From Octopus bimaculoides (Eukaryota): a stretch of DNA of 64,000 bases. Below are positions 52,479-64,000 of the stretch, one piece after another. Under the pieces are notes generated by a model. The model did not search any database. It worked only from the letters and a program-made list of their open reading frames with translations, and was not told the DNA's origin. The stretch covers positions 130,627,803 to 130,691,802 of the forward strand of contig NC_068981.1 in assembly GCF_001194135.2 (NCBI RefSeq), read 5' to 3'. The first letter of the stretch is position 1. Every line of letters begins with the position of its first letter. The position numbers and the translations under genes were made by a program.

Positions 52479-53540
52479 TGTATGTATCTATGTAATTATG
52501 TATATGTACATAGAGCTTATATACTTACCACACACTCTTTAAACACAATTCAAATCTTAACGTCTCCTCGTCTGCAATTGTTTTTTAGTCTGTGCATAAC
52601 TAAACTCATTTACTATTATCACCCTTCCCTGTCTCTTCGTTTTCGTCACTCTGGTCATTGACCTCTTATTAACGCCTTTTTTTTCTCGTCTGGTTAACAC
52701 CCTCCTAACCATTACCTCTCATCCGAACCCCCTCCTTCCATTATTCAAACCTTTATGCTCAGTGCTTACCATAAACATTAAAATGTCAGTACTCTGATCT
52801 CTGCATGGCATACAAACTTTAGCTAGATTTGCCAATTTTAACTAAATAACTTATACTGACGCAAACCACCAGTAGTTTCCTTGGACTCTAGTTGTTGAAA
52901 AGCAATCCAAATTTAAGAACAGACCACATTATCTGTGTCTTTATAAAGATGGTTGTTAGTTTGTTGAAGGAAATTTGCTTGCTATTTCTAGCAGTTCAAG
53001 ATGAAATGTAGAGCCTCCCTCATTGAGGCTATCAAATAGTAAGGAGTTCTGATCAGGACAATTTTAGTTCAGGTATTAATTAGCATGTAATATGCAGATG
53101 AGTTGTTTGTAACCAGACTTTAACTGAAGCAGAGTTACCCTTTTGTGCATGAAAATGCCCCAAGCACATCAGATACAAACTTCCAGTTTTGAAGTCATCA
53201 AACTTGAAACCTCACCTCCAAATTTCATGTTAATTTATATTGAAAATACCACCTTAATAGTCACAAATTTAAATTGCCTTCATTATTTTCAAAATTAATT
53301 GAAATAAATGCAGTATGTTTCAATTGAAATATGGTAACAAAAGGGTTATGCAAAGTTATAAACATATACAATACCATTTGACAGTGTTTAAACTGGAAAC
53401 TCTTGTACATATTTGCACTTCAGATGTGTCAGAGCCCCAGAACAAGCTAAGATAAGAGTTAACACAGCCCACCCAAAACAACCCATTTTTTAAAGTGTTT
53501 TTTTTTTTATTTTCTTTTGGTTTGTTTAAGTGCTTTAAAA

Positions 53541-54208
53541 CAGGGGTTTTCAAACTGTGGTCCGCAAGGACAAGACAGGGGGTCCGTGGACAGCAAATAC
53601 TTATTAAGGGCAATTTGATTTTATACATGTTTTTTAATCGAAATCTTTTAATTGACAATAAACCTATTTGTTAAATACTGTTAAATAAATAAAGGAGTGG
53701 CTGTGTGGTAAGTAGCTTGCTTACCAACCACATGGTTCCGGGTTCAGTCCCACTGTGTGGCACCTTGGGCAAGTGTCTTCTACTATAGCTTTGGGCCAAC
53801 CAAGGCCTTNNNNNNNNNNNNNNNNNNNNNNNNNNNNNNNNNNNNNNNNNNNNNNNNNNNNNNNNNNNNNNNNNNNNNNNNNNNNNNNNNNNNNNNNNNN
53901 NNNNNNNNNNNNNNNNNNNNNGACAACCGATGTTGGTGTGTTTACGTCCCCGTAACTGAGCGGTTCGGCAAAAGAGACCGATAGAATAAGTACTAGGCTT
54001 CCAAAGAATAAGTCCTGGGGTCGATTTGCTCGACTAAAGGCGGTGCTCCAGCATGACCGCAGTCAAAAGACTGAAACAAGTAAAAGAGTAAAAGAGTTAT
54101 TTTAAGCAAATATTTATGTATAAATTTCATAAGCGTTTATAAGGGGGTCCCTAAGGTAAAGCCTGAAATATAAAGGGGTCCGCAAGTCAAAAAGTTTGAA
54201 AACCCCTG
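53541..54208. mobile_element. hAT-type MITE carrying a nested SINE
   Basis: TIRs CAGGGGTTTTCAAACT and AGTTTGAAAACCCCTG; perfect 8-bp TSD CTTTAAAA. A SINE occupies ~53694-54096. Confidence 0.85.
53694..54096 (+). mobile_element. Young SINE family A copy nested in a hAT MITE
   Basis: CpG-rich copy with GGTTCCGGGTTCAGTCCC B-box region and (GAGTAAAA)n tail; contains an N gap. Confidence 0.85.
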
Positions 54209-55069
54209 CTTTAAAAAGTGAAATAAAGTTTAAGAAAAAATTAAGATGGAAAGAAAAGGAAAATGAGTGAAAATTATATAGTTATAATTAAATATCAAGG
54301 ATGAAAGTTACAATTATTGGATGCTTTAAGCAAATGTGTGTGTGAGTGTGTCGATTGTTCACTAGGTCATTATTCTGGGTTTCTTGTGTGCATTTTGTTC
54401 AATCGACAATAACTGAATATCTGTTGCCTCAGTAAAATGCATGCAAACAAGAAACTTAGGTGGAAGTGGGAATCATGAACTTTGAATGAATAAGTAAACT
54501 CTACCTATTATATATGTATTCATTACTTTTTCTCCTGCATGCACAACTAGTGAGTGTGTTTAACTGTTTAGCATTTAAACTGATCATATCTGGCCCCAAT
54601 TTTCTATTTGTTTTATGTTCAAAACAAGCCAGATCCAACCTCTCACACTTACCCTGCAATGTCATTGCAGGGTAGATGTGAAAAACCTTGAAGCTACAAG
54701 AAAAGGCTCAAGTGTTTTATACATAAGGGCATGCATGGTATGGTAGGAAGTTTGTTTTCTAACTACATGGTTCAGAGTTCAGTCCCACTGCACAGCATGT
54801 AATGCAAGTGTCATCTACTATAACGTCGGACCAACCAAAGCCTTGTGAATGGAAGAAGTCTGTCATGTATATATATGTGTGTGTGTATATGTTTGTCCCC
54901 TACCATTGCTTGACAACTGGTGTTGGTGTGTTTACATCCCCATTATTTAGCTTTTCTGCGAAAGGAACTAGTAGAATAAGTACCAGGCTTAAAAAAAAGA
55001 AATAACCTCTTCAAAAAGGTGCCCCAGCATGGCCACAGTCTAATGACTGAAACAAGATGCATGTATAAA

Positions 55070-55109
<40 letters not shown>

Positions 55110-55365
55110 ATGTGTCAGACTTATGCATGATTTTTAGTTGTAAAATTTAAGTCATAGGAATAATTCATTATGTGCTGTTCTACACCAAAAAAAAAAAAAA
55201 AAAGCAAAAATACAGAAGTAGTAAAATAAATGAAGATGTCATTGATGAAAAAGCGCACCTGAAGTGATGTGGGTTTATTTGTCATCAATGACAATGGAAA
55301 GAAAGGTAGGCAGTAAGTTTCTCAAGAGGATGATAAACAAGGAATAAGAGTGGCATTGCAGTATT

Positions 55366-55473
55366 TTCATTGAGAGAATACTCTACCAGAGTAGTGGAAT
55401 ATGTTCATTGAGAGAATACTCCATCGGAGTGGTGGAGCACGTTCCTTAAGAGAGAATACTCCACCATAGTGGA
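55366..55473. repeat. Three ~38-bp tandem units, each with a hairpin
   Basis: TTCATTGAGAGAATACTC... begins at 55366 and 55404, with a variant at 55442. Confidence 0.8.
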
Positions 55474-55985
55474 GGCCAGCTATAAACACTAAATAAATGG
55501 AAGTTGGTATATATTATAACGGTTGATATTGTAATAAAATTGGATGGGAACTATGATTCAACTAGGCATATGAGAATGCTTTAGAAAACTTATCCTGGTT
55601 TCTTGTTTTGTATGAAAAGTAGACTGAATGAGTTATATTTATATGTAACATTGTATTGGTATGAAGGTGCTTAGGGTACTGCATTCTCAATAGAATAAGT
55701 ACCGGACTTAAAAAAGATAATTCATTCAGCTAAACTCTTCAAGGTGTTGCCCCAGCATTGCCACTGTCCATTGACTGAAACAAGTATAAGATAGATAGAT
55801 ATAAGGCTGGTAGGGGCATCTTGGGGAAGAAATTGAGCAAGAGGCTCAATTCTGCACAGCTATCACATTACCTATTAACAAAGATGAGAAAAATCTCACT
55901 GAACATGAAAAATCCATTTTCTGTGAAATTATTTCTTAAATTGAAAAAATTACCTCCTCTTTCAAAGCTACTAACAATACATATA

Positions 55986-56657
55986 CAGACTGTCCTCATT
56001 TAACGACCTACCTATTTAACGACTACTCGGAGTTACGACGAACTTTACGGGCCGTCATTACATATTTTACAACAATAGAACTTGAGGCGATGGATCCAAA
56101 TTTTGAGCGATTTTCCAAGGTGGAAAGGCAGACAACTGAACTTTTCCGATGTTATCGAGAAATTTATGACGAAAAAAAGAAGATAACAAAGCAAACAACA
56201 CTGACGGGATTTTTCATGCATTTTGATGTCAAGAATGAGTTGCTTTTGTAATCTTTATCTAAAGTAAAACAAAGTTATTATGTTTGAGTTTCCTTTAAAC
56301 CTTTTCACCTTTTCTATATNNNNNNNNNNAGGCATCTTATGTACTGGGCCTGGAATCAAAAACATACTTACAATGTCTGAGCTACAATAATACAGTATCC
56401 ATATCCTAACTTTTAAGGTTTTCCTTGTGATAATCTTACTGTTACTTATTCATTTTTCAACAATTTATGTTAGTGATTCTTGGCCCTGTACTGCATACAC
56501 TTCTTTATACAGTACGATATTCTGTTTTTATATGTATGTACAGTACACTATACCTATAAAAGAAAAATATGTACCCTATGAATATTCGTTTAACGACGAA
56601 TTTGCTTAACGACGGAGCTGTTGGAACGTAGCTCGGTCGTTAAATGAGGACAGTCTG
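55986..56657 (+). mobile_element. Tigger/pogo-type internally deleted element
   Basis: 23-bp perfect TIR CAGACTGTCCTCATTTAACGACC with TA on both sides. The interior encodes a Tigger-like C-terminal remnant, MDPNFERFSKVERQTTELFRCYREIYDEKKKITKQTTLTGFF. Confidence 0.85.
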
Positions 56658-56696
56658 TATATATGTGTTTGTGTATACTCACACACCATTGCTTAA

Positions 56697-56918
56697 CCCT
56701 TTAGCATTCAAATTACTCTGTCAAATGTAATGCTTATTTATTTGCATTATTTTGAATTGATCATGTAGTATCTTGCAGCTTCAGGATTTCAATAATGTTA
56801 TTTGTTTACTTTTAAAATTACATTCTATGGTAGATAGGAAAAGTTGGATTTGGCTGGTTTAAACATAAAACACGTAGAATATTTGGGCTGGATATGGTCA
56901 GTTTGAATGGATAAAGGG
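56697..56918. mobile_element. piggyBac-type MITE (TTAA-CCCTTTAGCATTC family)
   Basis: TTAA-CCCTTTAGCATTC ... GAATGGATAAAGGG-TTAA. Related copies at ~6165-6386, ~32680-32820, ~54565-54700 and ~62738-62961. Confidence 0.7.
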
Positions 56919-57654
56919 TTAATGCTACCCTTTTTTCATTAAACATGTGGTCATATATTCATGTTACATCGAAACTATTACATATTTTCATTATGCTTGC
57001 CATGGCTAAATTTTTCCATATCTATAAAATGTGAGCTAAGGGAAATAACTTAAGTAGGCCTGTGGCATGATTTCAGATAATCCAGGTAGGTGGTGATGTA
57101 CTGAATTATATAAAAAAAAAAAAATTTTTTTTTTAAATCCACCATAAGTTGATATTTTCTCCCACCTAGAAGAAAGATATTCCAATTTACTTTGTAAAAA
57201 TTGTTAGCAACTCTCCAAGAGGAAATAATGTTTTTTTGTTAAAAATCAACAATTAATTTCACAGATAATTGAATTTTCATAGTTACTGCGACAAAAATCT
57301 GATCTTTATTGATAGGTAATGTGACAGCTACAGTTATGACAGATGGCGCATGGGTACTGCTGGTAACATGTAGTCTATTACAACTTGTTGCATACTTAGA
57401 TCAGCAATGACTAAAGCAGGTACCCCACTCTGCCAGGCTTGCCTGTGAAGAGGGTTGCCAGAAATGCAGGATAAAAACACTACTTGTCAAAAGAATACAT
57501 GAACCTATCATTGGAGTCAATGACTCTTAAGCCACAGTATAGGAACTTAGAAATTCTGGATGACTACCCAGAATTTTATGTAAGGACTACAAGGAAGAAG
57601 GCACCATTTAGTTTTTGCAGCTATAGTTCTGCAAATTATATTGATTCTAGAACG

Positions 57655-57724
57655 TCTATGCTGATGAGAACACGGATGTTATTACCTAAGTAAAACGTTA
57701 ATGTTCGAAACTGCAGCCCATAGA
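57655..57724 (+). ncRNA. Hammerhead ribozyme-like motif with extended helix II; cleavage triplet altered to GCC
   Basis: UCUAUG-CUGAUGA-GAACA...UGUUC-GAAA-CUGCAG-C-C-CAUAGA. 6-bp helix I, 5-bp helix II extended by AUGUU/AACGU and UUAC/GUAA pairing, helix III A-CUGCAG-(U>C). Confidence 0.6.
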
Positions 57725-57893
57725 TAATTCTTTATTCTGTATATTTCTCATTTCGTCCTGGCCTGGTGTTTTTGCGAAATTTTTCTGGAGAACATTATTT
57801 TTATTTGTGGTTGAGTCGTTGATGACCTCTTTCTAGCATATTGGATGTCCACCTAGTGGTCATCCCTTATACACGTGTATATATGTATATATG

Positions 57894-57928
<35 letters not shown>

Positions 57929-57937
57929 ATATATATG

Positions 57938-57976
<39 letters not shown>

Positions 57977-58666
57977 ATATATATATATTATATTATATTA
58001 TAATATGATTGAACGCCACACATTCTTTTCCAAGTAAGTTTTATCTACATATATATACACATATATATATACATGATTTCCAGGTACAGAATGTACTCAG
58101 AAGGCCTTGGTCAGCCTGAGGCAATAGGAGAAAACACTTGCCCAAGGACCCATGCAGTGGGACCAAACCCAGAAGTACGTGCCTATGCAGAAACACACAC
58201 ATTCACATATATACATGTGTACAAATATATATCTATCCATCTATCTATCTATCTATATATATGTACACATGTATGTAAGTGAATGTGTGTGTGTGTATAT
58301 ACATATATATATATATATAGGGAGTGAAGTAACTATGAAAGCCATATATACACATATATATATATAGATAGATGTGGAGTGGAGAAGTTATGAAAGCCAT
58401 GCACATGCATATTGTATGGATTTGGAGTGAAGCAGTTTGAAAAACATATTCTATGTGCAATCACATATACACATATACACGCACTATATGTATGTGTACA
58501 GCTGCCATGCCCTGCAATTTTTTAATCAGTTGGTAATATTGGTTATAAAATATGAAACATTGGTGAGTAATTTTCTGGGTGACATAACTGTTATTGCTGC
58601 TGTTAGTGATGTCAGAGGTGTGGGTGCTATGGCTGGATTGTGTAGTAAAAGAGCGGAAGTGTGTGT

Positions 58667-58669
<3 letters not shown>

Positions 58670-58707
<38 letters not shown>

Positions 58708-58752
58708 GGAGAGAGAGAAGGAGAGAGAGAGAGAGAGAAGGAGAGAGAGAGA
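58670..58752. repeat. (GA)n microsatellite
   Basis: Direct reading; similar tracts at ~45338-45362 and ~49700-49752. Confidence 0.9.
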
Positions 58753-59206
58753 GAATAGTGTAGTAATGGTAGTGTTTGCAATGACAGTGATGTTTGTAGT
58801 GGTGGTATTCGTGATGATGATGATGATGATGGTGGTTGGGTGTTGTAGTAATCATATTAGCTATAGTAACATTATCATCACTATCACTAACACCATCACC
58901 AATAGCAACAGAAACATCAGTGAAATTCCTGCAAGAAGCCACATTACTGACACAGACAGACATGACTAACTGACAAGTGGAGTTAATGCAGGAAGCCAGT
59001 ATAGTCTCTTACCTCCTTTGTTTGTTTGTTTGTTTGTCTCTCTCTCCCTCCCCCCCCTCCATCTACACACATGTGCATACATTCACATGAACAAAAATGA
59101 CCAATAGATGGGGGTCCTTGAGAGCAGGTAAAACATTTTAAGCTAAGAGTTAGACAAAATATATTTATTTAATGAATGGATATATATGTGTGTGTGTATA
59201 TATATG

Positions 59207-59253
<47 letters not shown>

Positions 59254-59669
59254 NNNNNNNNNNNNNNNNNNNNNNNNNNNNNNNNNNNNNNNNNNNNNNN
59301 NNNNNNNNNNNNNNNNNNNNNNNNNNNNNNNNNNNNNNNNNNNNNNNNNNNNNNNNNNNNNNNNNNNNNNNNNNNNNNNNNNNNNNNNNNNNNNNNNNNN
59401 NNNNNNNNNNNNNNNNNNNNNNNNNNNNNNNNNNNNNNNNNNNNNNNNNNNNNNNNNNNNNNNNNNNNNNNNNNNNNNNNNNNNNNNNNNNNNNNNNNNN
59501 NNNNNNNNNNNNNNNNNNNNNNNNNNNNNNNNNNNNNNNNNNNNNNNNNNNNNNNNNNNNNNNNNNNNNNNNNNNNNNNNNNNNNNNNNNNNNNNNNNNN
59601 NNNNNNNNNNNNNNNNNNNNNNNNNNNNNNNNNNNNNNNNNNNNNNNNNNNNNNNNNNNNNNNNNNNNN

Positions 59670-59702
<33 letters not shown>

Positions 59703-61962
59703 TTTCTTTTCCTTGTTCTAGTCATTTGACTGTAGCCATGCTGGAGCATCACCTTAACGGGTTAATCAACCCCAAGACTTACTCTTTGTAAGCCAACTAC
59801 TTATTCTATCAGTCTCTTATGCTGAACCGCTAAGTTACGGGGATCTAAACACGCCAATATTGGTTGTCAAGTGACGGTGGGGAGGACAAACACAGACACA
59901 AAGAAACACACACATAAATATATACATACACACACACATATACATACATACATACACACACACATACGTGTGTGTTATTTCTTTACTACCCACAAGAGGC
60001 TACACACAGAGGGGACAAACAAGGACAGACAAATGGATTTGTTACTGTCATCAATGATGACAGTAACAATACCAACCATAATAATAATGCTAGTGAGAAT
60101 AATAATGGTGATGATTGTGGTGATCCTCACAATGAACAATGACAATTCTATATTCTATAGTGATATCTTAACACATAAAGTGTCTGTCTGAAATCATCAA
60201 ATAAACACTGACATTGATATAGAATATAAAGTCTGAAAAGTAGTAAAAGGAGTGAATTTGAAGTATATATATCAAGAAAAAGAGAAAATGTAAAAAAAAA
60301 AAAATTTTAATGGGCCAATAAGTGGCATTCCAATGTGCTCCCTCGACTTGCTAAAAATAGCAACTGAATTTGTTATATCGCTTTGTATCATCCATGTATA
60401 ATCATTAGCTATGTGTATTTATTTGCTGTTATAGTAAGGAAGTAAAACTAAAGTGAGAGGAAAGATGATGTGTTTGTTTGTCCTACATGACTGGAGTAGT
60501 AAACAGAAAAAAAAATTCAAAGGAGTGAAACAATTAAATGAGAGTGGGTTGCAGTAAGAGGTGTAAAAACAATCAGAGTGGCAGAAAATACCTTCGTAGA
60601 GTAATTTATGATTTAACAAGGGGACACAAATTATCTTCGTTATATATGCATGTTCATGCACATATGTATGTGTATGTATGTATATAAATAGGCATGGTTA
60701 TGTGGTAAGAAGTTCGCTTCACAACCACATGGTTCTGAGATCAGTTCCACGATGTGGCACCTTGGGCTGACTAAAGTCTTGTGAGTGGATTTGGTACATG
60801 GAAACTGAAAGAAACCTGCAGTATACATATGTGTGTGTGTGTCTTTGTTCCCCACCACCATTTGACAACTGGTGTTGATATGTTTACATCTCTATAATTT
60901 AGCAGTTAAAAAAAAAAATTAAAAAAAAAACAAGAAGCAGACAGAATAAGTACTAGGCTTAGGTTGTTCATCTGATTAAATTATTTAAGGCAGTGTTCCA
61001 GCATGGCAACAGTCTAATGGCTAAAGGCGCAAAATTGTAATGATCTTTTGGACGTTGACTGTTGAAGAATTAGCTACAAATTTTCTGTTTGCTATGTTTT
61101 TGTAAAATTTTCCGTTTGTTGTTTTTGTTAAATCATTGAAATATATATATGTATATATTCTTCTAAAAATCTGTAAATCAGAAAAACTATGCACTCGTAT
61201 ATTTTCAATAGAGTCACCACATTTTTTCCATACCTACCATTGCTGAAGATCCCATGGTGTTAGTTAACTGACCTGTTGTTTGATATCCAGATATCTAATA
61301 CTTAGTGTGAAACAAATTGGTAACATTGACTGAAACATATACATATTTTTGCTACTGAAAGCCATTTTCAGTAATCAATGAAAATATAGTAATTTCTGAT
61401 AGAAAGGGTACACTAGTCTGGAATAATAAAAAAAGCACAAAAGGGTGGGAGATACATTGGACAGTGTCTTCTTTGATATACAAAGGAAGTGGATGCTCAT
61501 GGTTGGAGCAATTATGAATCATAATGTTCAACAATGATCTGAATCTCAACAACAGAACAGAAAAAAGTCCAGAAATCTAACCAGAAATGTAAGTACAATA
61601 CTTCATCAAAAGCTAAAACCATATTTGTATTGTTGGGATGGCCTGTTTGAATTCTTTGTACCATTATCTCAAAAGACATGAATAGGTATATTACCATCTT
61701 GAATGTGACATTTACTGCATTTGAGCTTCACATGCAGTGCTAGAAACATTTTTGACTAAGAGAGCAACTACTCTTCACGGAGACACTCATCAATTCGCAG
61801 CGAAAAACTCTTGACTGACTAACTCTGAACAAATCTTGCTTATCACATGGTAATCACCTCAACAATCTGCAGTATTTTAGCCACCAATAGTAAGCCATCT
61901 GTCTTTATGCCTGCTCCCATGCAGCTGGAGGCAAGAATTCTGTGGCATCTGATCAACATAGT

Positions 61963-61999
<37 letters not shown>

Positions 62000-62737
62000 G
62001 CAACAACCTCCTGTCATTACATCAGCTGCTGTTCATTGTATCATGTTGTTTTGCCATGTTGTTTATTTTTTTCTTTTTTTACTTTTGTTTTCTTTTGTTA
62101 TTGTTAGTTTTTTGCAACTGAGAGTGAGAGCTTTGATATTCCTTGCAGCTGTCTTCCTTTGGCATATGACTAGTTGCTGTTTAATGCAGAGTTCAGTATT
62201 TAATAGACAAGAGCATTTTTCCTTTTTTTTTTTTATATTTTTATTTCAGAAGTCATTGACTTCCAGTTTACACAGAAAACTAAACTTTTATCATCAGAAC
62301 TGTAAAGAAAGTTATATATAAAGAATTGAGAGGTTGACAATGTTTAAACTTAATCTAAAATTAGAAGATATATGATCCAACAAGGAAAGTCTCTACATAC
62401 TTGCTTGATCTGCCACAAACAGCAACTAAATCTCCTAAAGATTACACCCTACCATCAGACAGAAAAAAAAAAAAAAAAAGTAAAAAATGAAGGATACATT
62501 AGATAATATAGTCCTGGATATACAAAAAGGAATAGTTAAAGCTGGCACACCTTTGATTTGAAGTCTACTCAAAGATGGTTAACTTGGGGTATATCAAGTA
62601 TTCATCATGGACTATATAAAATTAGGTGGCACTTTCTAATAACCTTCACACTTAATTTTAATCAGAATCACCCAATATATACATCTGTTTCCCATAGTAA
62701 TGTGTGAAACTGTAAATGTCTCTTAAGCCCTCAGAAG

Positions 62738-62961
62738 GCTTTTAGCATTTTAGCACTAAAAAATAAGTTTCCAGCCCCAAATTTTCTGTCTTGTAGTCAG
62801 ACTAGCCAGATCTGGCCTCTCACACCTACCCAACAATGTCATTGTAAAATTATACAATCACATCATTGAAATCTCAAAGATACAAGGTAATGCATGATTA
62901 ATTCAAATCAATGTGAATAAATAAGTATTACGTTTGACAGAGTAATCTGAATGCTAAAGGG
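62738..62961. mobile_element. piggyBac-type MITE copy
   Basis: Ends GAATGCTAAAGGG-TTAA; interior shared with the 6165 copy. Confidence 0.55.
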
Positions 62962-63719
62962 TTAAGGGCAAGAACTCAGATCTAGTTTCATGGTATTAAG
63001 AGATTGAGAGATAAAAATCTCTTTTTGGATAGGGCACTAGAGTTATGATGACAGATGGATGACATTCTCAGAAGATCAGGTACCTAAGTGGACAGGTATA
63101 GGATTAATGATGTGCTTAAAGTTATGTGTAATGTACAAAATACACAGTGAAATGCTGGTAATCCAGTATCAATTCCACTCAACTCTTTCACTTCTAGTCT
63201 ATAATATAATACATGTATAGGTGTTGAAAGTGTGTGACCTAGTAGTTAGAATGTAGAGGTTCACAACCATAAAGTTGTGTGTTTAATCCATGGACTGAGT
63301 GGTACATTGTGTCCTTGAGCAAGGCACTTCATTTCCTGTTGCTTCAGTTGACTCAGCTGAAAAACGAGAACCAGCTTAGTGTTGGTGTAACCCTCTTTCC
63401 GGATAGCTGCTCTAAAACAGATATTCTACTGGATCAAATCAAGAAGTAGGAATGTCGAGAGAATGTCTGGGTCTGCATATAATTACATAGGTATGGAAAA
63501 CAATTAGCCAAAACGTGGTACATGTTACCAAATTATGCTCACTTGCAGATGATGGTGTTGGCTTGGTTAGATATAGAAGTAAGTTATTTTTAAGTACAGT
63601 CCAAGTATTGATTTTGATTCCCAGTTGAATTTATTTCAATTGTCTCACAAGAGCCTTTGAAAAAGGCACAGGGCCTGAAATTTAGGATAAGGAAGTTAGT
63701 TGATTACATTGTCACTTGT

Positions 63720-64000
63720 TCTATGTCTCCAGGATAGGGTGTCCGATGGGATCCCAACTGGGGTATTCAAGGTATGAAGGACAGGTTGTTGCCCATGAAG
63801 CATGTTCCTTCTTCTCCATGTGGATCCAAAGGAATAGTTTGGCTGCCACAGTCAGAGTAGACCAGCGCCTAAGAAGCAGTTCCTCAAAACACCGGAATTC
63901 CTGAATTAGGGCCCTGCAACTGGATGCAGTTTGAAATTTCCTTCAAGACATTGCCACTAATACTGCCAAATAACCTCCTTATATGGTGTGGCTATTAGAG
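63720..64000 (-). mobile_element. Possible decayed CR1-like LINE C-terminal fragment
   Basis: ~73-codon open frame with RALIQ...LLLRR...VAAKLF, loosely resembling CR1 RT C-termini. Weak. Confidence 0.25.

Noticed and set aside
51397-52479. Very long ORFs here and at 13.7, 25.8, 34.1, 42.6, 49.0 and 59.2 kb
   Set aside because: Made of N-gap X residues.
61487-61595. Plus-strand segment ending in a GTAAGT donor
   Set aside because: Stops in all frames; could be UTR but unsupported.

Overview
Eukaryotic, AT-rich, repeat-dense genomic DNA with many N gaps. The tRNA-derived SINEs, RTE LINE tails ending in (GAT)n and abundant TA/CA microsatellites suggest a cephalopod (octopus-type) draft assembly; this is inferred from repeat style, not from a database hit. 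Almost all listed ORFs are microsatellite, N-gap or transposon artefacts. The best host coding signal is a minus-strand exon encoding a complete four-cysteine CUB-like domain (35580-35968). It can join in frame to a putative terminal exon with a hydrophobic GPI/TM-like tail (27505-27864). Candidate 5' exons lie in a CpG-retaining region near 44-46 kb. Mobile DNA includes decayed mariner and Tc1 transposase fragments, Tigger, hAT and piggyBac-type MITEs (several with intact TIRs/TSDs), RTE and Tx1-like LINE fragments, and at least four SINE families. The most unusual signal is a set of minimal hammerhead-ribozyme (HHR) motifs with palindromic helix III. One sits in a ~310-bp structured insert with a 12-bp TSD inside a SINE (18642-18951), a second lies at 57655-57724, and degenerate relics lie at 42704 and 38923. 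A signal-peptide-like first-exon candidate interrupted by an in-frame TAA (45500-45553) is also notable.
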